NCBI GenBank assembly: GCA_051942205.1
Contig: JAVECO010000086.1
Span: 1 to 64,000, forward strand
Length of the DNA: 64,000 bases
DNA from: Coniocarpon cinnabarinum
Taxonomy: Eukaryota
Direction of reading: 5' to 3'
Below, one piece after another: positions 46,325 to 58,601 of this stretch (positions are counted from its first letter, which is position 1; each line of letters begins with the position of its first letter). The notes beneath the pieces are model-generated. The model was not told the origin of the DNA, searched no databases, and saw nothing but the letters and a program-made list of their open reading frames with translations. The position numbers and the translations under genes were made by a program.

Positions 46325-48775
46325 TTAATCTGGCAAAGTGGACTCAGTCATCGTGCTCACGTCACTTGACTGCTGACTTAATGTGCCTCGCTTCGCTGCT
46401 GGTTTCCGCTTCTTCTTGGGCTTTGCCGTTCCATCAACTGGCATTGGATTTGCAGGCGCTTCCGTTACCCATTGTGCGATCCTCGTAGCTCGTTCTGTAC
46501 CAATGAGATACTCCTCGTCTCGTGCAACTGAATTAGAAGACTCGCTGCCGTCATTCAATTGCCCTCGTAACTCTTGCTTCACATGCACGGGCTCTTGACT
46601 CACTTCTTTCGCAGTGTCGTTGGGTTCTTTGGCAGCATATCCGTTAGTTTGTGCACCGTCTCGCGAATCGTTGGTGCACTCAACAGTGGCCAGTCGAGTT
46701 GATGTCTCACCGTCGTGGCTACCATTCACACGGTCTGCCCGATCCGTTTCAGGACAAAGCCCTTGTTCCCTAAAAGCGCGCTGTTCTCTAGCTTTGACAG
46801 CTTTCTGAAAGCTTTCGTCATCCACCACACGCTCATCGCCCAACGCCTCCATCACTGCTTCTTTATGGATCCTCTCACGCTTCTGCATTGGTGTCTCCTC
46901 GGCTGGTCGTCTTCTGCGCATGGCAGCCGCTTTGCTGACAATATCGGTACTGCTGTTGACATTACGCTTCCCGGGTTTCATGTTGTCTTTGAGCAGGTCT
47001 GACCTGCAGAGCTGATCCCATGTACCACCGAGGCTAATCCAATTGCTGGCCTGGCGCAGGATTTCGGACCAGTCAGCGCGAGCTGGTGAGCGAGCGGAGA
47101 GAAAGAATGGATAGCCATCTGCAAGGCGCGTGAGGCGGGCAACGTTATTAGCGATTCGATGCAACGTGGTTGGAGCAGTTTGCAGAAGGCAGTGTGTTAG
47201 AAGAGATGAATGGAGGGTCTCAGGCAATAATGGATGGTAGGTGAGCATTTCATGTTGATGAACAGAATGAGCCCCTGGCGGGCTGCCGAAATCCGCAGCG
47301 CTCGGAGTAGAGATAGGGAAAGGAGGAATGTTGTTGGGTGTCTTGGGCGAAAGCATGGTTGCGAGATCATGGATTATAATGGGGGGTTTCTCCGCATCAT
47401 CGTTTGGAGAATCATCGTCGACACCGGCACTGGAGCGCCGCGGACGGTGAACGAGAGTTGGAGACGTTGGAGAGTCCACAAAGGTTGGGCTAACCTGGTC
47501 ATTGTCGCCGTTAACATGACCAATGATGCGTCCAGCGTCAGAAATAGTGCTTGCATGAGGATTTGCAGCCACTGCATAGTCGAGATTGCTAAGAAACGTT
47601 GTGTAATCGCGGAGTGCTCGCTTCGCATACTTTCTCACCAACTCTCGAGACTCTAAACCACGCTTGTATGCCTCGTGCTCTTCACTTGAGAGCATAGAAG
47701 CGGCTTCAGGGTGCCCATGTTCGCCGCCTTCCTGGTCAAGCTCAGCTTCTCGTTCTCTTTGGAGCCTCTGCGACACTCTGAAAGCCTCGAGCGACCCTTT
47801 CACGTGATGAGACGCAATGGTCAGGTACTGGTTGCCACGTTGAAAGAGTAGTTGCATTTCCAGGCCTCTTGGCTGATCCTCGTCGAGGACCTTGTTCTCT
47901 TGCATCCAATCCTTTGTCCAAACTTTGCGTCGCTCGACATCCTCTTGCGCCTGTTTCTGAGTAATAAGTTGGTTCTTGCCTTTGATATGCTTTGTTTGTT
48001 CGTTGCGACACAGAAGCAGCGCCTCGCTCAAATCTTGCGCAGCACCTATATGATCTTCCTTGAAAATTTTAGTCAAAGCTCTTGTACGATATGGCGCGGC
48101 GTGACCCGGTTCACGTGTAATGACATGATTGAGCGGCTCGAGAGGCGTGCATTGCGCCATCATTCGTGACGGTATTTTTTCGTGAAAGAAATTCACGTAT
48201 TGAGCATCCGAGTTTTGAGGAGCGCGCTGCAGAACGTACCATGCCACCGCGTCGAGCGCGGAAGCACTCTGCATGGTCGCAACACTGGCGGCGACCTCAT
48301 CGAGTCTATAAGCTTGACTCAGTTTCTGCGTCGCCAATTCTCTCATCCGGTATTTGCGCTCCGGACTAAGTTTTGCGTTCGCACCAGCTCCACCTCTTGC
48401 ATTGAGTCCGAGTGCTGCGCCTGGCAAGCCATTGTCATTGCCAATCGCAGACGATGCTGTCCCGTTCTGAGCTCGCACGGCAAGGTCTGCTGCCTCGTCA
48501 ACAAGCTTCCGAACCTTGAGCAAGTCATATAGGACGGACGGGTCTGTCTGGCGAGGTCTTGGTGAGAGGTAGTTGCTGTGAGCGAGAGTCTCGAGGATTT
48601 CGGGAGGTAACTGCAACCAGGGACCGTGAAAGGCTGAAATGTAGCGCCAGTGTTTGTTGCGACTGATGGTCAGAGAAGACATGAAAAAGGGACAAGAAGC
48701 TGCACCTATCCGCCGGAGCCATTGACAAATTTGCAAGACGCTATGTCCGACAATTTTAGCGTTCGCATATGCCAC
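46325..48775 (-). CDS. Conserved fungal TPR-containing protein (family often labelled 'histidine kinase group protein'); 5' exons unresolved
   Basis: RNKHWRYISAFHGPWLQLPPE, YRLDEVAASVATMQSASAL, FFHEKIPSR, TYHPLL, DGYPFFLSARSPARADW, EALGDERVVD; no kinase motifs seen. Confidence 0.75.
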   Translation of the reverse strand: MAYANAKIVGHSVLQICQWLRRIGAASCPFFMSSLTISRNKHWRYISAFHGPWLQLPPEILETLAHSNYLSPRPRQTDPSVLYDLLKVRKLVDEAADLAVRAQNGTASSAIGNDNGLPGAALGLNARGGAGANAKLSPERKYRMRELATQKLSQAYRLDEVAASVATMQSASALDAVAWYVLQRAPQNSDAQYVNFFHEKIPSRMMAQCTPLEPLNHVITREPGHAAPYRTRALTKIFKEDHIGAAQDLSEALLLCRNEQTKHIKGKNQLITQKQAQEDVERRKVWTKDWMQENKVLDEDQPRGLEMQLLFQRGNQYLTIASHHVKGSLEAFRVSQRLQREREAELDQEGGEHGHPEAASMLSSEEHEAYKRGLESRELVRKYAKRALRDYTTFLSNLDYAVAANPHASTISDAGRIIGHVNGDNDQVSPTFVDSPTSPTLVHRPRRSSAGVDDDSPNDDAEKPPIIIHDLATMLSPKTPNNIPPFPISTPSAADFGSPPGAHSVHQHEMLTYHPLLPETLHSSLLTHCLLQTAPTTLHRIANNVARLTRLADGYPFFLSARSPARADWSEILRQASNWISLGGTWDQLCRSDLLKDNMKPGKRNVNSSTDIVSKAAAMRRRRPAEETPMQKRERIHKEAVMEALGDERVVDDESFQKAVKAREQRAFREQGLCPETDRADRVNGSHDGETSTRLATVECTNDSRDGAQTNGYAAKEPNDTAKEVSQEPVHVKQELRGQLNDGSESSNSVARDEEYLIGTERATRIAQWVTEAPANPMPVDGTAKPKKKRKPAAKRGTLSQQSSDVSTMTESTLPD

Positions 48776-49346
48776 GAAATTACCGCATGTAGCAATATTT
48801 CTTGAGCAAGATATATTATGTTTGTATTCGATTTTGAATAGTCATTCCTCCGTCTTTGCTCAGCTGTATTCTATATGCTGCGATGTCATACCTTGATAAG
48901 ACGTGCTATGCTTCAGTCCATTGGGAACTTGTCTTCCTTCTATCCCCGAGCTTCTGCTTCAGGTGCCAACATGATTGTCTCTTGCACGTCTCCTGTAGTC
49001 CATTGGGAGAGGAAAGCGTTGATCAACTTGGAGCGCTTCGAAGTTGGTAGACGGATTAGTCGGCTCGTGAAAGGGACCTGCTCTCTTCACCAGCGGCGTC
49101 GCTTTGAGCTGCGTTTTTATAGGGCAAGGAAGGTTTCCAAACATATTCAGCACCCTTCCTCCACTGAAAATTGTTCTCACAATGTTGAGCTCTATAACTC
49201 TTTCGCAATACTGTTTTATATTGCTGGTCCGTGCAAAGCTGAAAGCTCGTTGCGTTTGATGTTTAAAGCTGCATCAAGGCGTCTTAGAGTACAGGCTCTT
49301 TCGATAAAAATTGCGGATCATGTGACTTTGCGTCCTAAATTAGGTC

Positions 49347-51488
49347 TCACCTGCTCAACGCCAAACACGCGTCCACAGCAAGACCTACACGACCTTCCTT
49401 CTCCCTCACCACGTCTCCAATTACTTCTCGATCGAGGTCAGGAAACATGCCCGAAAGAGTCTCAACAACCGTCTGATGTTCGGCCCTTTGCAGCTTTTGC
49501 GCCTCTGCGCTTTCTGCACTAGCCTGACGTGCTGCTGCTTCGGCCGCAGCCAAGGAGTTTTGGTTCTGCTGGGTAGCCGTTGCGGAAGGCAAGGCAGAAC
49601 TGTTGCTTTGGAGTTCTGGTCTTTGTCCACGAGGCACAGGTGACATTCGTGGCGTTGATCCCGGCAGAGGGGTCCTGACAGGGCCCTGCTGTGACTGTGC
49701 TTGGGCGTCATCGGAAAACAACCTTCCGATTGTTGACAATGGCTTTTGGATTGTGCGAAGCAGACCAGCGACTGCAGCGTTGTCATCGCTCTCATCCCCG
49801 ACAGAGGTCTCGGCTGTGCCAGTGCTTGAATCCATGCGCGCCTTTCGCCGTCGAGGACTGATCTGTTCACCATCTAAGGAATTCCGGGGCGTAACTTCTG
49901 GTCGGCTTAATTGTGATTTTTCATTAAAAGGTAAAGAAACTGCAGATAAGGCTCGAGACTCTTCGCGTGATTTTCTCTCCGCGATTGATGCAACGGCTCG
50001 TTCGACGTTCTTCTCGTACTCCTCGTCTGAAATAGTAAGACTCGTTTTGTCCAAACCTTCAATGAAAGCCACCGCGCCGAGTAAAGACGACATATAGTAG
50101 CCGGCTTCGCCGGTCAGCTTATCTGGATTACGAAAACGTTGGATGTACTGTACGTTGGAAACAATGTGATCAGGTGCTGTTTTGAGCACCGTGTAGATCA
50201 GCAAGGGGATGAAATCATCTGCGGACTGTTCTGCTTGTGCACTTCGCAAATATCCGAATAACACCTTACACGAGTTGAGTATGCAGATGATTTTATCACG
50301 GGGCGCACGATAGCTTTGCAATTTCCCAAGTTCTTGCTGGGCAAGACGCAGGAACTTCTTAGACTTGGCGTCTTGAGCAGGCTTAATATCCAAGTGATCT
50401 TCTTTGATCCAGCCATAGATTCTCATCTTTTGAGCTAGAACTTCATCGCGCTCCACATCTTCCTGATGTAATCCGCGCCGGCCTGTACCACTTGAGGAAA
50501 TGGCCAGTCTCTTAGGCTTACTTGCCGGAGGAGGTGGGATCTCAGGTGAGAAGGTCTGAGTGTATAGACGATTCATCACGAGTTTCTCCATACCCTCCTG
50601 CGCATTATCGAACTCGGCATCAGAAACAGTGCGCCAGACCTCGCATTGTGCCATGCGACGCGAAATGAACGATAGAAAGTCGCGAACAATCTTGATCTGT
50701 TCGTTTACAGCCCACTGTCGTTTGCCAAATTCATGTAGGAACGATTTCAAGAATCCGGCGACAGGGTCTGCACTTCTATGCCGTAATTGTTCGAGGAATC
50801 TGTGAAAATCAAATGGAAGATCAGGCTCCGGGTCTGGTTCGGGTGGCGGCGGCTGTGATATGGTTGAAGGAGTGGGTGTCTTCTCGGAGACCTCACTCCG
50901 AACAGAAAATGCACCGGTATCTGTCCTTCTGAGCCCTGCAGGCGAGATGTCGCTAGCCGAAGCTGACGCGCGGCGGTTCTCTAGGCTCGAGCCTCTTGGT
51001 GGGTATTGGAAAACGGGAAGGCCCGCATTCTCTTCATCTGAAACTGCCTGTCTACTCGTAAATTGGCTCATAATAGTTGTAATCTCAGGACCCGATTCAT
51101 CGCCATTGGGTTTGTCATGTTCGAGAGCGTGCGCGCTGTCATAGTGTGACTCGCCGCGCTCTACGAGCGAGTGCGACTCGTTGCTTGCGCATGCCGCAGT
51201 TGGTTCGCGAGGAGCCGCTTCTTGGAATGCTTCATTGTGGTCAACGTTTCGATCATCTGGTCCAATGCAAGCATTGTCCATCCTGTTCAAAACTCCGGTA
51301 TCGTTCTGACGTTTCTCAGCGGGGTCGGTTGCGGAGGAGTCCTGCGATGCACCAATTCCGTGCGCAGGCCCTGAATGCCCATGGGGGTCATTCTGGTTGG
51401 CATTGGTAATTGAAGAATCCTGTGGTTGGGGCACAGCATGTGCATGCCCATCGGAGGGCTGCTGTTCATCTTCACCTTGCAGAGACAT
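49347..51488 (-). CDS. VPS9: Rab5 GEF Vps9 with C-terminal CUE domain
   Basis: PFDFHRFLEQLRHRSADPV, EGMEKLVMNRLY, YRAPRDKIICILN, SADDFIPLLIY, GEAGYY, CUE MFPDLDREVI; first in-frame ATG at 51488. Confidence 0.93.
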   Translation of the reverse strand: MSLQGEDEQQPSDGHAHAVPQPQDSSITNANQNDPHGHSGPAHGIGASQDSSATDPAEKRQNDTGVLNRMDNACIGPDDRNVDHNEAFQEAAPREPTAACASNESHSLVERGESHYDSAHALEHDKPNGDESGPEITTIMSQFTSRQAVSDEENAGLPVFQYPPRGSSLENRRASASASDISPAGLRRTDTGAFSVRSEVSEKTPTPSTISQPPPPEPDPEPDLPFDFHRFLEQLRHRSADPVAGFLKSFLHEFGKRQWAVNEQIKIVRDFLSFISRRMAQCEVWRTVSDAEFDNAQEGMEKLVMNRLYTQTFSPEIPPPPASKPKRLAISSSGTGRRGLHQEDVERDEVLAQKMRIYGWIKEDHLDIKPAQDAKSKKFLRLAQQELGKLQSYRAPRDKIICILNSCKVLFGYLRSAQAEQSADDFIPLLIYTVLKTAPDHIVSNVQYIQRFRNPDKLTGEAGYYMSSLLGAVAFIEGLDKTSLTISDEEYEKNVERAVASIAERKSREESRALSAVSLPFNEKSQLSRPEVTPRNSLDGEQISPRRRKARMDSSTGTAETSVGDESDDNAAVAGLLRTIQKPLSTIGRLFSDDAQAQSQQGPVRTPLPGSTPRMSPVPRGQRPELQSNSSALPSATATQQNQNSLAAAEAAARQASAESAEAQKLQRAEHQTVVETLSGMFPDLDREVIGDVVREKEGRVGLAVDACLALSR

Positions 51489-51687
51489 GTAAACCTGCAA
51501 TGTTCTAGGCTTATAAGTAGATGGTCCACCTGAACGCGTCTGTTTCAAGATATTTCTGAATTTAGTAATTGGTGATGCGTCATCATCCACTTATGTACAA
51601 TTGAACACGCTCAACACTTGCCGCACCGTTTTGAATCGAGGAGCGACCTCGCAAAGCATTATAATGGCAAATTCAGAAGAGTCCATC

Positions 51688-54600
51688 ATGGCGGAGAACG
51701 GTAAGGTCATTGACTGATGAATTTTCCTCTAAGCCTTTATGCGCAATGGCTCTGATAAAATCGATTACGGCCGTGTCGGACCCATTCGCTATGTGCGTGA
51801 CTGGCGTTGCCAGCGCTTGTTTAAGCAGCGATGCCACTTGCAGCCAATTGGAGCTCTATGCTGCCATCTCGAGACGGCTCACGATGACGAAGGGTTGGAC
51901 GATGAGAGCCGGCTGAGAAAGGTTAAAATACTGACGTGAGTTACAACCTGCCTTCGTTGTCCGGACAGCTCTTCATTTGAGGAAAAAGTTGAGGACTGAA
52001 GTCTTGCGTCAAATTGGGGCGGCGGGCTGAACCCTATCATTTACTAACGTGACTCCCGCTAGCCACCTTCAAAATCAATTGCCGGATGTGGCTGGTTCTG
52101 AGGAACTTGCAAGGAACATTGCTTCTCATACACATGATGAGGGGGTGTTGCAACGTTCTAGGGACTGTAAAGATCAATTGGCTGACCATGCGACTATAAC
52201 GTCTCATCAAAACCGTCAGACCCATCTTGTTGCACTTGCTACCGGAAGACGCAATGAAACATTATGCGTTGCGCGGAGTAAGCAGGGCACAGTTGGATGG
52301 CACGACGATTATGCAAACGTGCTGAAGTCTTTGGACTTCGAGTCGAGTCGGTCACAATTTTTCAAATGTGCAAATGGTCCAATCCTCCAGGTCAGCTTTT
52401 CGAGCCCAGTCGCCAGAGGGAAGTGCTTGGTTGCGGTACGATACCAGTCCGCTTTGACGGTTTTACTTGTATCGGTTGGTCCCAACAAAAGGAATCTTGC
52501 CTCAGTACCGCGAAGTGTTCACATGCAGCCTTTTATTCATAGTGCAGATTTTGGTCGGCCCATGTCGGATCTCAATAGCCTCTGCTTTGCAAAAAACCAA
52601 CCCTATGTGTTAGTTACTGGACACACTAACGGCCAGCTTTGCCAATGGAACTTGATTCGTTACAAGCATGAGCAACTGATGCCATTTCAGCAATACGGTT
52701 TGCGAGAACAAGACATCACCAACGTTTCCAACGGTGTAATTTTACAAGCACTATCTGATCAGACTGTTTTGATGAGCCATGGCGAGCATCTTTGGATGTT
52801 TGATTGTTTGGCTGGCAGGACGCTGCCCACGGCGGTCGAAATAGGAGATAATGTCTTGGATCTTCGATTTGCTTCGGTCAAGGAAAGCGTCCTGATAGTG
52901 CTTACTGCAAAAGATGTTGTATGGGTCCGAGTTCGGCGCAAGGCGGACACAGAAGAAGAGCTTATACAGATGTTAGGAGCTTGCGCCCATCATCGCGATG
53001 CTGCTGATGTCTCGCTGAGGCTGTTCGTCTCGTATGACAATGATGTCGACCCACACGGAGCGAAAAATCTAACAAGTGAAGCCAATGTCTGGGTATACTC
53101 ACGAAAGAATTTTATGATAACCGAAATACAATATCAACTTGACAAAAATGCCCAAGACGATCACAACTTTCAAGTACGCATTGGCGAGCCTACTGCGCTC
53201 TCATTTGAACCACACTGGCAGCACGTCAAAGTCCTACAGCTCTGGGCGGTTCCGATTGACTTGCGAGACTCTGCTGAAAACGCGCGAGCCCTTGATCGAG
53301 CAGAGCAGAATGACTCGGTGAAGCAGAGCTTCTACCAGGTCTTTTGGGTGGCCAGTGATCAGTCCTTGTGGAGTTGCATCTACTGTCGGCCCCATTCCCA
53401 GGCCCAGAACGCACACCTCGACCAGTTGTCGTGGAACAAACGCCGCAACCTCCACCCACCACTATCAAGCAGGTTCGCCACAGAGAACTTCATAGTGGAT
53501 TCGGATGAGGATGAGATTGAACAACAAGACTCTCAACGCCCAATCAGCTATCCTTGGTGGATGAAACCTCGCCTTCACTTTCACGAAACTCAGCGCGAAG
53601 AGCAAGTCGAGAATACTTTGAGTGTGCGACTGCTTTCTCGCGTCTTGGGATACAGCAGACTTTCCACGACGGAATCACTACGAGAGAAGCTAGAGGATTT
53701 TCATCGACAGCACAAGCAACGAAACCTTCTTAACGCCTCTACACATGGGCTCCTCCGAGATACACTCCAGAGTCAATCCACGCCTGACGATCTTTTCGAA
53801 GCCAGTACGCCATTACAGACGTTCACGAGCGAGCTAGCAGTATCAAGGCACGGGCCGAGATCAGCGGCTATCTCGCTTGTTCCTTTGTTGGATTTAGCAC
53901 AAGAGACCGTGCGCGAACACACTCATATCCAGCCATCACTTCACAGTCTCTACGAATCGGTACTCGACTGTTATAGTACTCCCATTCCGCAGACCTACCC
54001 GGGCGTCACGAGGTTGCTGTGGGAGAGATGCGTTCGCTATTTCACAACGAACATAAAGCTGTCATCGGTGAGTATCTTCACGCAGCCTCCAAGCGATGAG
54101 GAGGTTGAAGCCGGTTGGCAGAAGACAGTCTCAAGTCTCAAATCGCACGTCAGCATCAACTTCAAGCGCAATGACACGGGTCAGAGAATGAGAAGTGCTT
54201 TGTCTGTTCTGTCATCCTGGCACGAAGAGGTGTCCGGCGACTCAAGCCCAACGTCCGCCATCGACCTGACCCGCTATGACGCCGCTCTCATTGCTCCTCA
54301 GACGGAAGAACAGCAATCTGAAAGTCAGCGCCAGCTACGCAAGCTCGAGAAGCAAAAGCGTCGTGCTGAACAAGCAAGTCAGTCAATGCCATTGAGCTCT
54401 CAATTATCCCAAGGCTCGATTGACATAACGAGTCAGCAACTTATTGTAAGCAGTCAAAGGTCAAGGCGCCCTAGTTTCGGAAGCAGTCACGGTAGCCCTT
54501 GGAGCAGCCAGCCAAGCACACAAGCTATATTTGGTACTCAGGGTACTCAGAGCAGCCAGCGTGGTGCAGTCTCAGGCTTTCAAAGCAGCCAGGCATCTTC

Positions 54601-54940
54601 ATTTCGATCTGGTCGAGAAGCGCCGAGCATGGAACGACGACGCAGTCAACTTCCTGCAGCATTCGCAAGCAGCCAACTTCTTACCCCACCAGCGACACAA
54701 AGTCAAAAACAAGGACTGTCACAGCTCTCACCCACAGCTGGCAATACGTTTTCTGTGCCCGGGATGGTGACTGCGCAAAGGCCAGACCAACGCGAACGCG
54801 ACCCTGAATCTATCGTCAAACAAAATTTGCCGATTTTTGGAATACCAAGTAGCTCCTTAAAAAGGTCAAGTCAAGCGATGCCCGGTTCACAGACGAGTGT
54901 GGGGTTGCCTGAGAGGAAGAAGAGAAAGGCTGGTTTCTGA
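51688..54940 (+). CDS. RRN6: RNA polymerase I core factor Rrn6-like protein; short 5' exons inferred
   Basis: 963-codon ORF with beta-propeller-like N-part (PILQVSFS, LVAVRY, ACAHHRDAADVSLRL), S/Q-rich tail ending KKRKAGF; upstream mini-exons MAEN|..IDYGRVG. Confidence 0.65.
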
Positions 54941-55623
54941 GCGCAAGAGCAGCGACCAGAGGTGTTTGAATCAAACTACTGTGTACAGTCCGTGCACGTG
55001 TTTCGATCCACAAATACTTGCTACATTTCAGCGTAACAACCTTAAGAGCATGCAGCCATACTCAAACTAAACAGCAGTAGGCGAGATCCAGCCACCGAAG
55101 TGCCTATGTGCATTAAAAAACAGGTGCGGGGTACGAACTCACCATAGCCAACATGTGGCCAACCTCGCCTCCAATGTCTGTACTTCTATCTTCTTGCAAT
55201 CATGGCTACAGCTCGCATGGTACCATCTGGAATGCGCCTCTGTCTTGTCTGTCTTGTATAACCAGTCGTTGGCCTGCATACGCGAGACCTAACAGCAGGA
55301 ACACCTATAAATACTCCGTGCTGTAAAATAGCTCACGCCAACTCTGTTCACTCGCAAACCTTGGTCACCAAACGGGATGTGGCTATTCAGTGAGACTCAT
55401 GAAGTTCCATTCTGATTGGTCATTTGCTGCAGCCACTGGCTGGAGACGAGTACAAGTGCTATATTGCACGTGACTTTCCAAAGCACGGTTCGTATAGCTT
55501 ACATTCGCCTGGGTAGAGGCATTGCTGTTACGAAGCATATATGTCCAGCCTCGATGCCCTCTAGCAAGATGGGAAAACAGAAAATACAACATTTTCTCAT
55601 AGCAAAACGTTGCACTTGCTAAC

Positions 55624-56325
55624 ATGAAGCACCTCTTCTTCTTCGTCCTCTTGGCTCTCTTTTCTCGTGGCCTAGCTTCCTCCACCTTTCCCATCACCTC
55701 ATGCATCCTGAGTGGCTTTCCGAACGCCTGTTCTCCAGGCTCAACCTGCCAACCCACCACTACCTGCGGCGGCCTCTGTGTGACCTACACCACGCCTCCG
55801 CCTGAAACCCCCTGCACCGTCGGAGCCACCCCCGGCGCCTGCTCAAAAGACTACGTCTGCACCCCTTCTGAGGTGTGCGCGACTCCATCGACTAGACCCT
55901 GTGGTGGCTTATGCATGTACGTGCTTGACCTTGCTACCCTACCACACGGTGCTTGTAATCCCTCCGACCTGCTGCTCTCTACTCCAGCCAAATGTTAATG
56001 GATGCATGCTCGCAGCTACGCCGGCACTTCCACAACGACAACGCCAACGCCAGCTCCTCCCGCTAAATCCTGTCACATTCCTGGCACTGAATGCGCCGAC
56101 CAGGGACCCGGCGCGTTCTGCTATCAAACGGAGACATGCAATGGTGTTTGTGTGGGCACTGGAGCGCCGCCGCCAACCACTGCGCCGCCGACGTCGACGT
56201 GCGAGGCGCCGGTCCCGTGTGGCTCGCTCTCGGACTGCAAGCAGGGGTATAAATGCGTGGATAAGCGGGGAAATCCGTGTCAGTGGTGGGATAAGAATTG
56301 CAAAGGGGTTTGTACGCGGAAGTGA
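55624..56325 (+). CDS. Small secreted cysteine-rich repeat protein (200 aa, 23 Cys, 2 exons)
   Basis: Signal peptide MKHLFFFVLLALFSRGLA; intron 55917-56015 (GTACGT..CAG) joins two ORFs in frame; four modules ending CxG[LV]C. Confidence 0.85.
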
Positions 56326-57405
56326 AGTTTTGCAAAGGAGTTGAGATGCGCATGTGGAAAGTCATTGTGTTGTTGGCCGGTAGTATACATTATTGCGTGA
56401 AAACGCAACGATCGTTTGTGTCGAGGTCTAGGAGAAGTCATTCACGTCATCTTTGAATACTGCGCGCTGGCTCTCGCGAATGTGAGTTCGAGGCGTTCAT
56501 GTTCTGAACAATGGACACATCTTTTAAGAGGTAGGCCGTGACGGCTGCAACGAGAATGCGTGCTCCTCAGTTTCAACAGCGCCTTTGAGATTGATCGTCG
56601 ATAGGGCTCAAGAACCTCTTCTTGTGACAGAGGTGAGCTCAGCAAGCAAGCCTACCTCTGTCTTGAGCTGAAGAGCACAAGAAGTAGCAGGCTGGTAAAT
56701 TGCTACCCCTCTCTTTTGATGGGATGTTTAAGTCTCCTGCCAGCCGTGCGTCATGTCAACTGATCAATTCCACACTTTCTGACATCTTCTTTGAAGACAT
56801 AATGTCCACACACGGCTGACTTCGTAGATTCTGCTCTGCTCTCTTGCCATGTTCCTGCTGATTGAGATTGACTATAGGCCATCTTGCAGATTCCTAGAAA
56901 TCACGTCTTGGTGAGCACGCGCGCTATGAAGTGGTTCTTCCCCTTGGGGGGAGTGAAGCACCATCACATACGAAAACTTCGTTCACAAACTCGCGTGAAG
57001 TCTTCAAGCTATTAGTCGCACCCGAGCAACCGCAAAATTCAATAATTTCAAGGCATCATCTCGAACCATGCCTATACTAGGTTACCCTCCCCAAAGTCCC
57101 ATGATCTGCAACTTCGTGTATGAGGAACGACTACCGTGGTATCTTCAAGAGCAGCGTGGAACGCCTTGGATGATATGATGATATGATACACAGCGAAACT
57201 TAAATTTTCTCCGTTCGTGCATCCGTTTCGGGCGTAGACAATCTCGAGATGGAAATGGCTGTCTTCGGCTCTCAAAGTGCTGGGATGAAAACATTGGACA
57301 GTTCATCGAGCAATACACTGGCTGTACCTCTTCAGTGGAAATTTGGCTGGTAGCTCGAGGAAATAGTTCCCTAATGCTCGTACCACGCGCATCAGCTGTG
57401 GCGCT

Positions 57406-58601
57406 CTACACTTGTCTATGTATCGTGGGTTTGGGAATTGTCTCCAGCAACTCAACCTGGGGTCGGTTTATGAAGTCGTCATGTCCATCGTTTCCCTCAT
57501 GTCCATCCATCGAATCCAGTTGCGAGAAGTCCGAAGTCCCGCGGAGTTTCCTCTTGCCAAATGCGCGCCAAGTACTCGAATTGTCACCTCCTGCCTCTGC
57601 AGCTGAGTACCTTCTTCGTTCTTTTTCTAGCTTTCCGCTGAGAAATATTCGATAATTGACAGAACAAGCAACTATGATCAAGATGTTCTGCTCGATTTGT
57701 GACCATGCTTGAATCCACGTCAGAGGATCGACGCCCAGTGTCGGAGAATTTACAGCGAAGCGGAAGATTGAGAAGACTGTAATGAGAAGCGTAGAGCTGA
57801 ATACTGCAGCTAATTCAATCTTGCGCTTGCGTTTAAAAGCAGATTTGAAGGCAAGAGTAAGGGGCAGTGCAGTGACTATTCGATGTCAGCACACCATAGA
57901 TGTCTTTCAAAACCATCTTTAGATCAAGGGCGTTCTGGAGATGACAGATCTGCATCGACAACGGCTTTGACTTACTAAAGACGTCCGTGGTAAAATCTGC
58001 ACTAAATTGGTAACGAATAGCTTGGTTTTTGTGATCTTGATCGCCTGATTGGAGGCCGTTCAGGAAGGCATAGGCGAAGAGACATCCGGTGTATGTCAAC
58101 GCAGTGAAAACCGTGATCGACCACCACGCCCGCCTGTATCCAATCAGGTTGGTGGTAAGGTCGAAATAATACGCCAAGAACGATGCTTTAACTGACCAGA
58201 TCGTGGTGAAAAAAAGATAAGCATTTGCCCACTGATATTTGGCGAAGAGGTGCGCCGTATGTTTGAATGCAGGGGGAGGGGTTCCCTTCTGACCGTTGTC
58301 ATGCTGGACTGCGTAGGTCACAGGTACCATCACAGTGCAGAGAATGGCTGCAACGAGACACATGAACATAGCAATCGATATGAAGCAATCTGCGACTCGT
58401 GGCGTTCGACCTTCTCGCATTCGAATAACAAATATAGTAAAATAGAAGCATAAAGAAAATGCTGTCATGGACCAGATAATTGACTACACTTTGTGTTAGC
58501 TAATATTACAACTAACGCCGCATGGTATTCACCGGTCATTAAAAGCGTGCAATACTCACTAAAAGCTGAGTCTTGGACAGCGGTTCCTCTATGTTACCCA
58601 T
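57406..58601 (-). CDS. PTH11-like (rhodopsin-domain) integral membrane protein, no CFEM domain (3 exons)
   Basis: Introns 58484-58559 and about 57878-57975; IWSVKASFLAYY, DFTTDVF|ITALPL, WSQIEQNILIIVACS; about seven hydrophobic segments. Confidence 0.8.
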
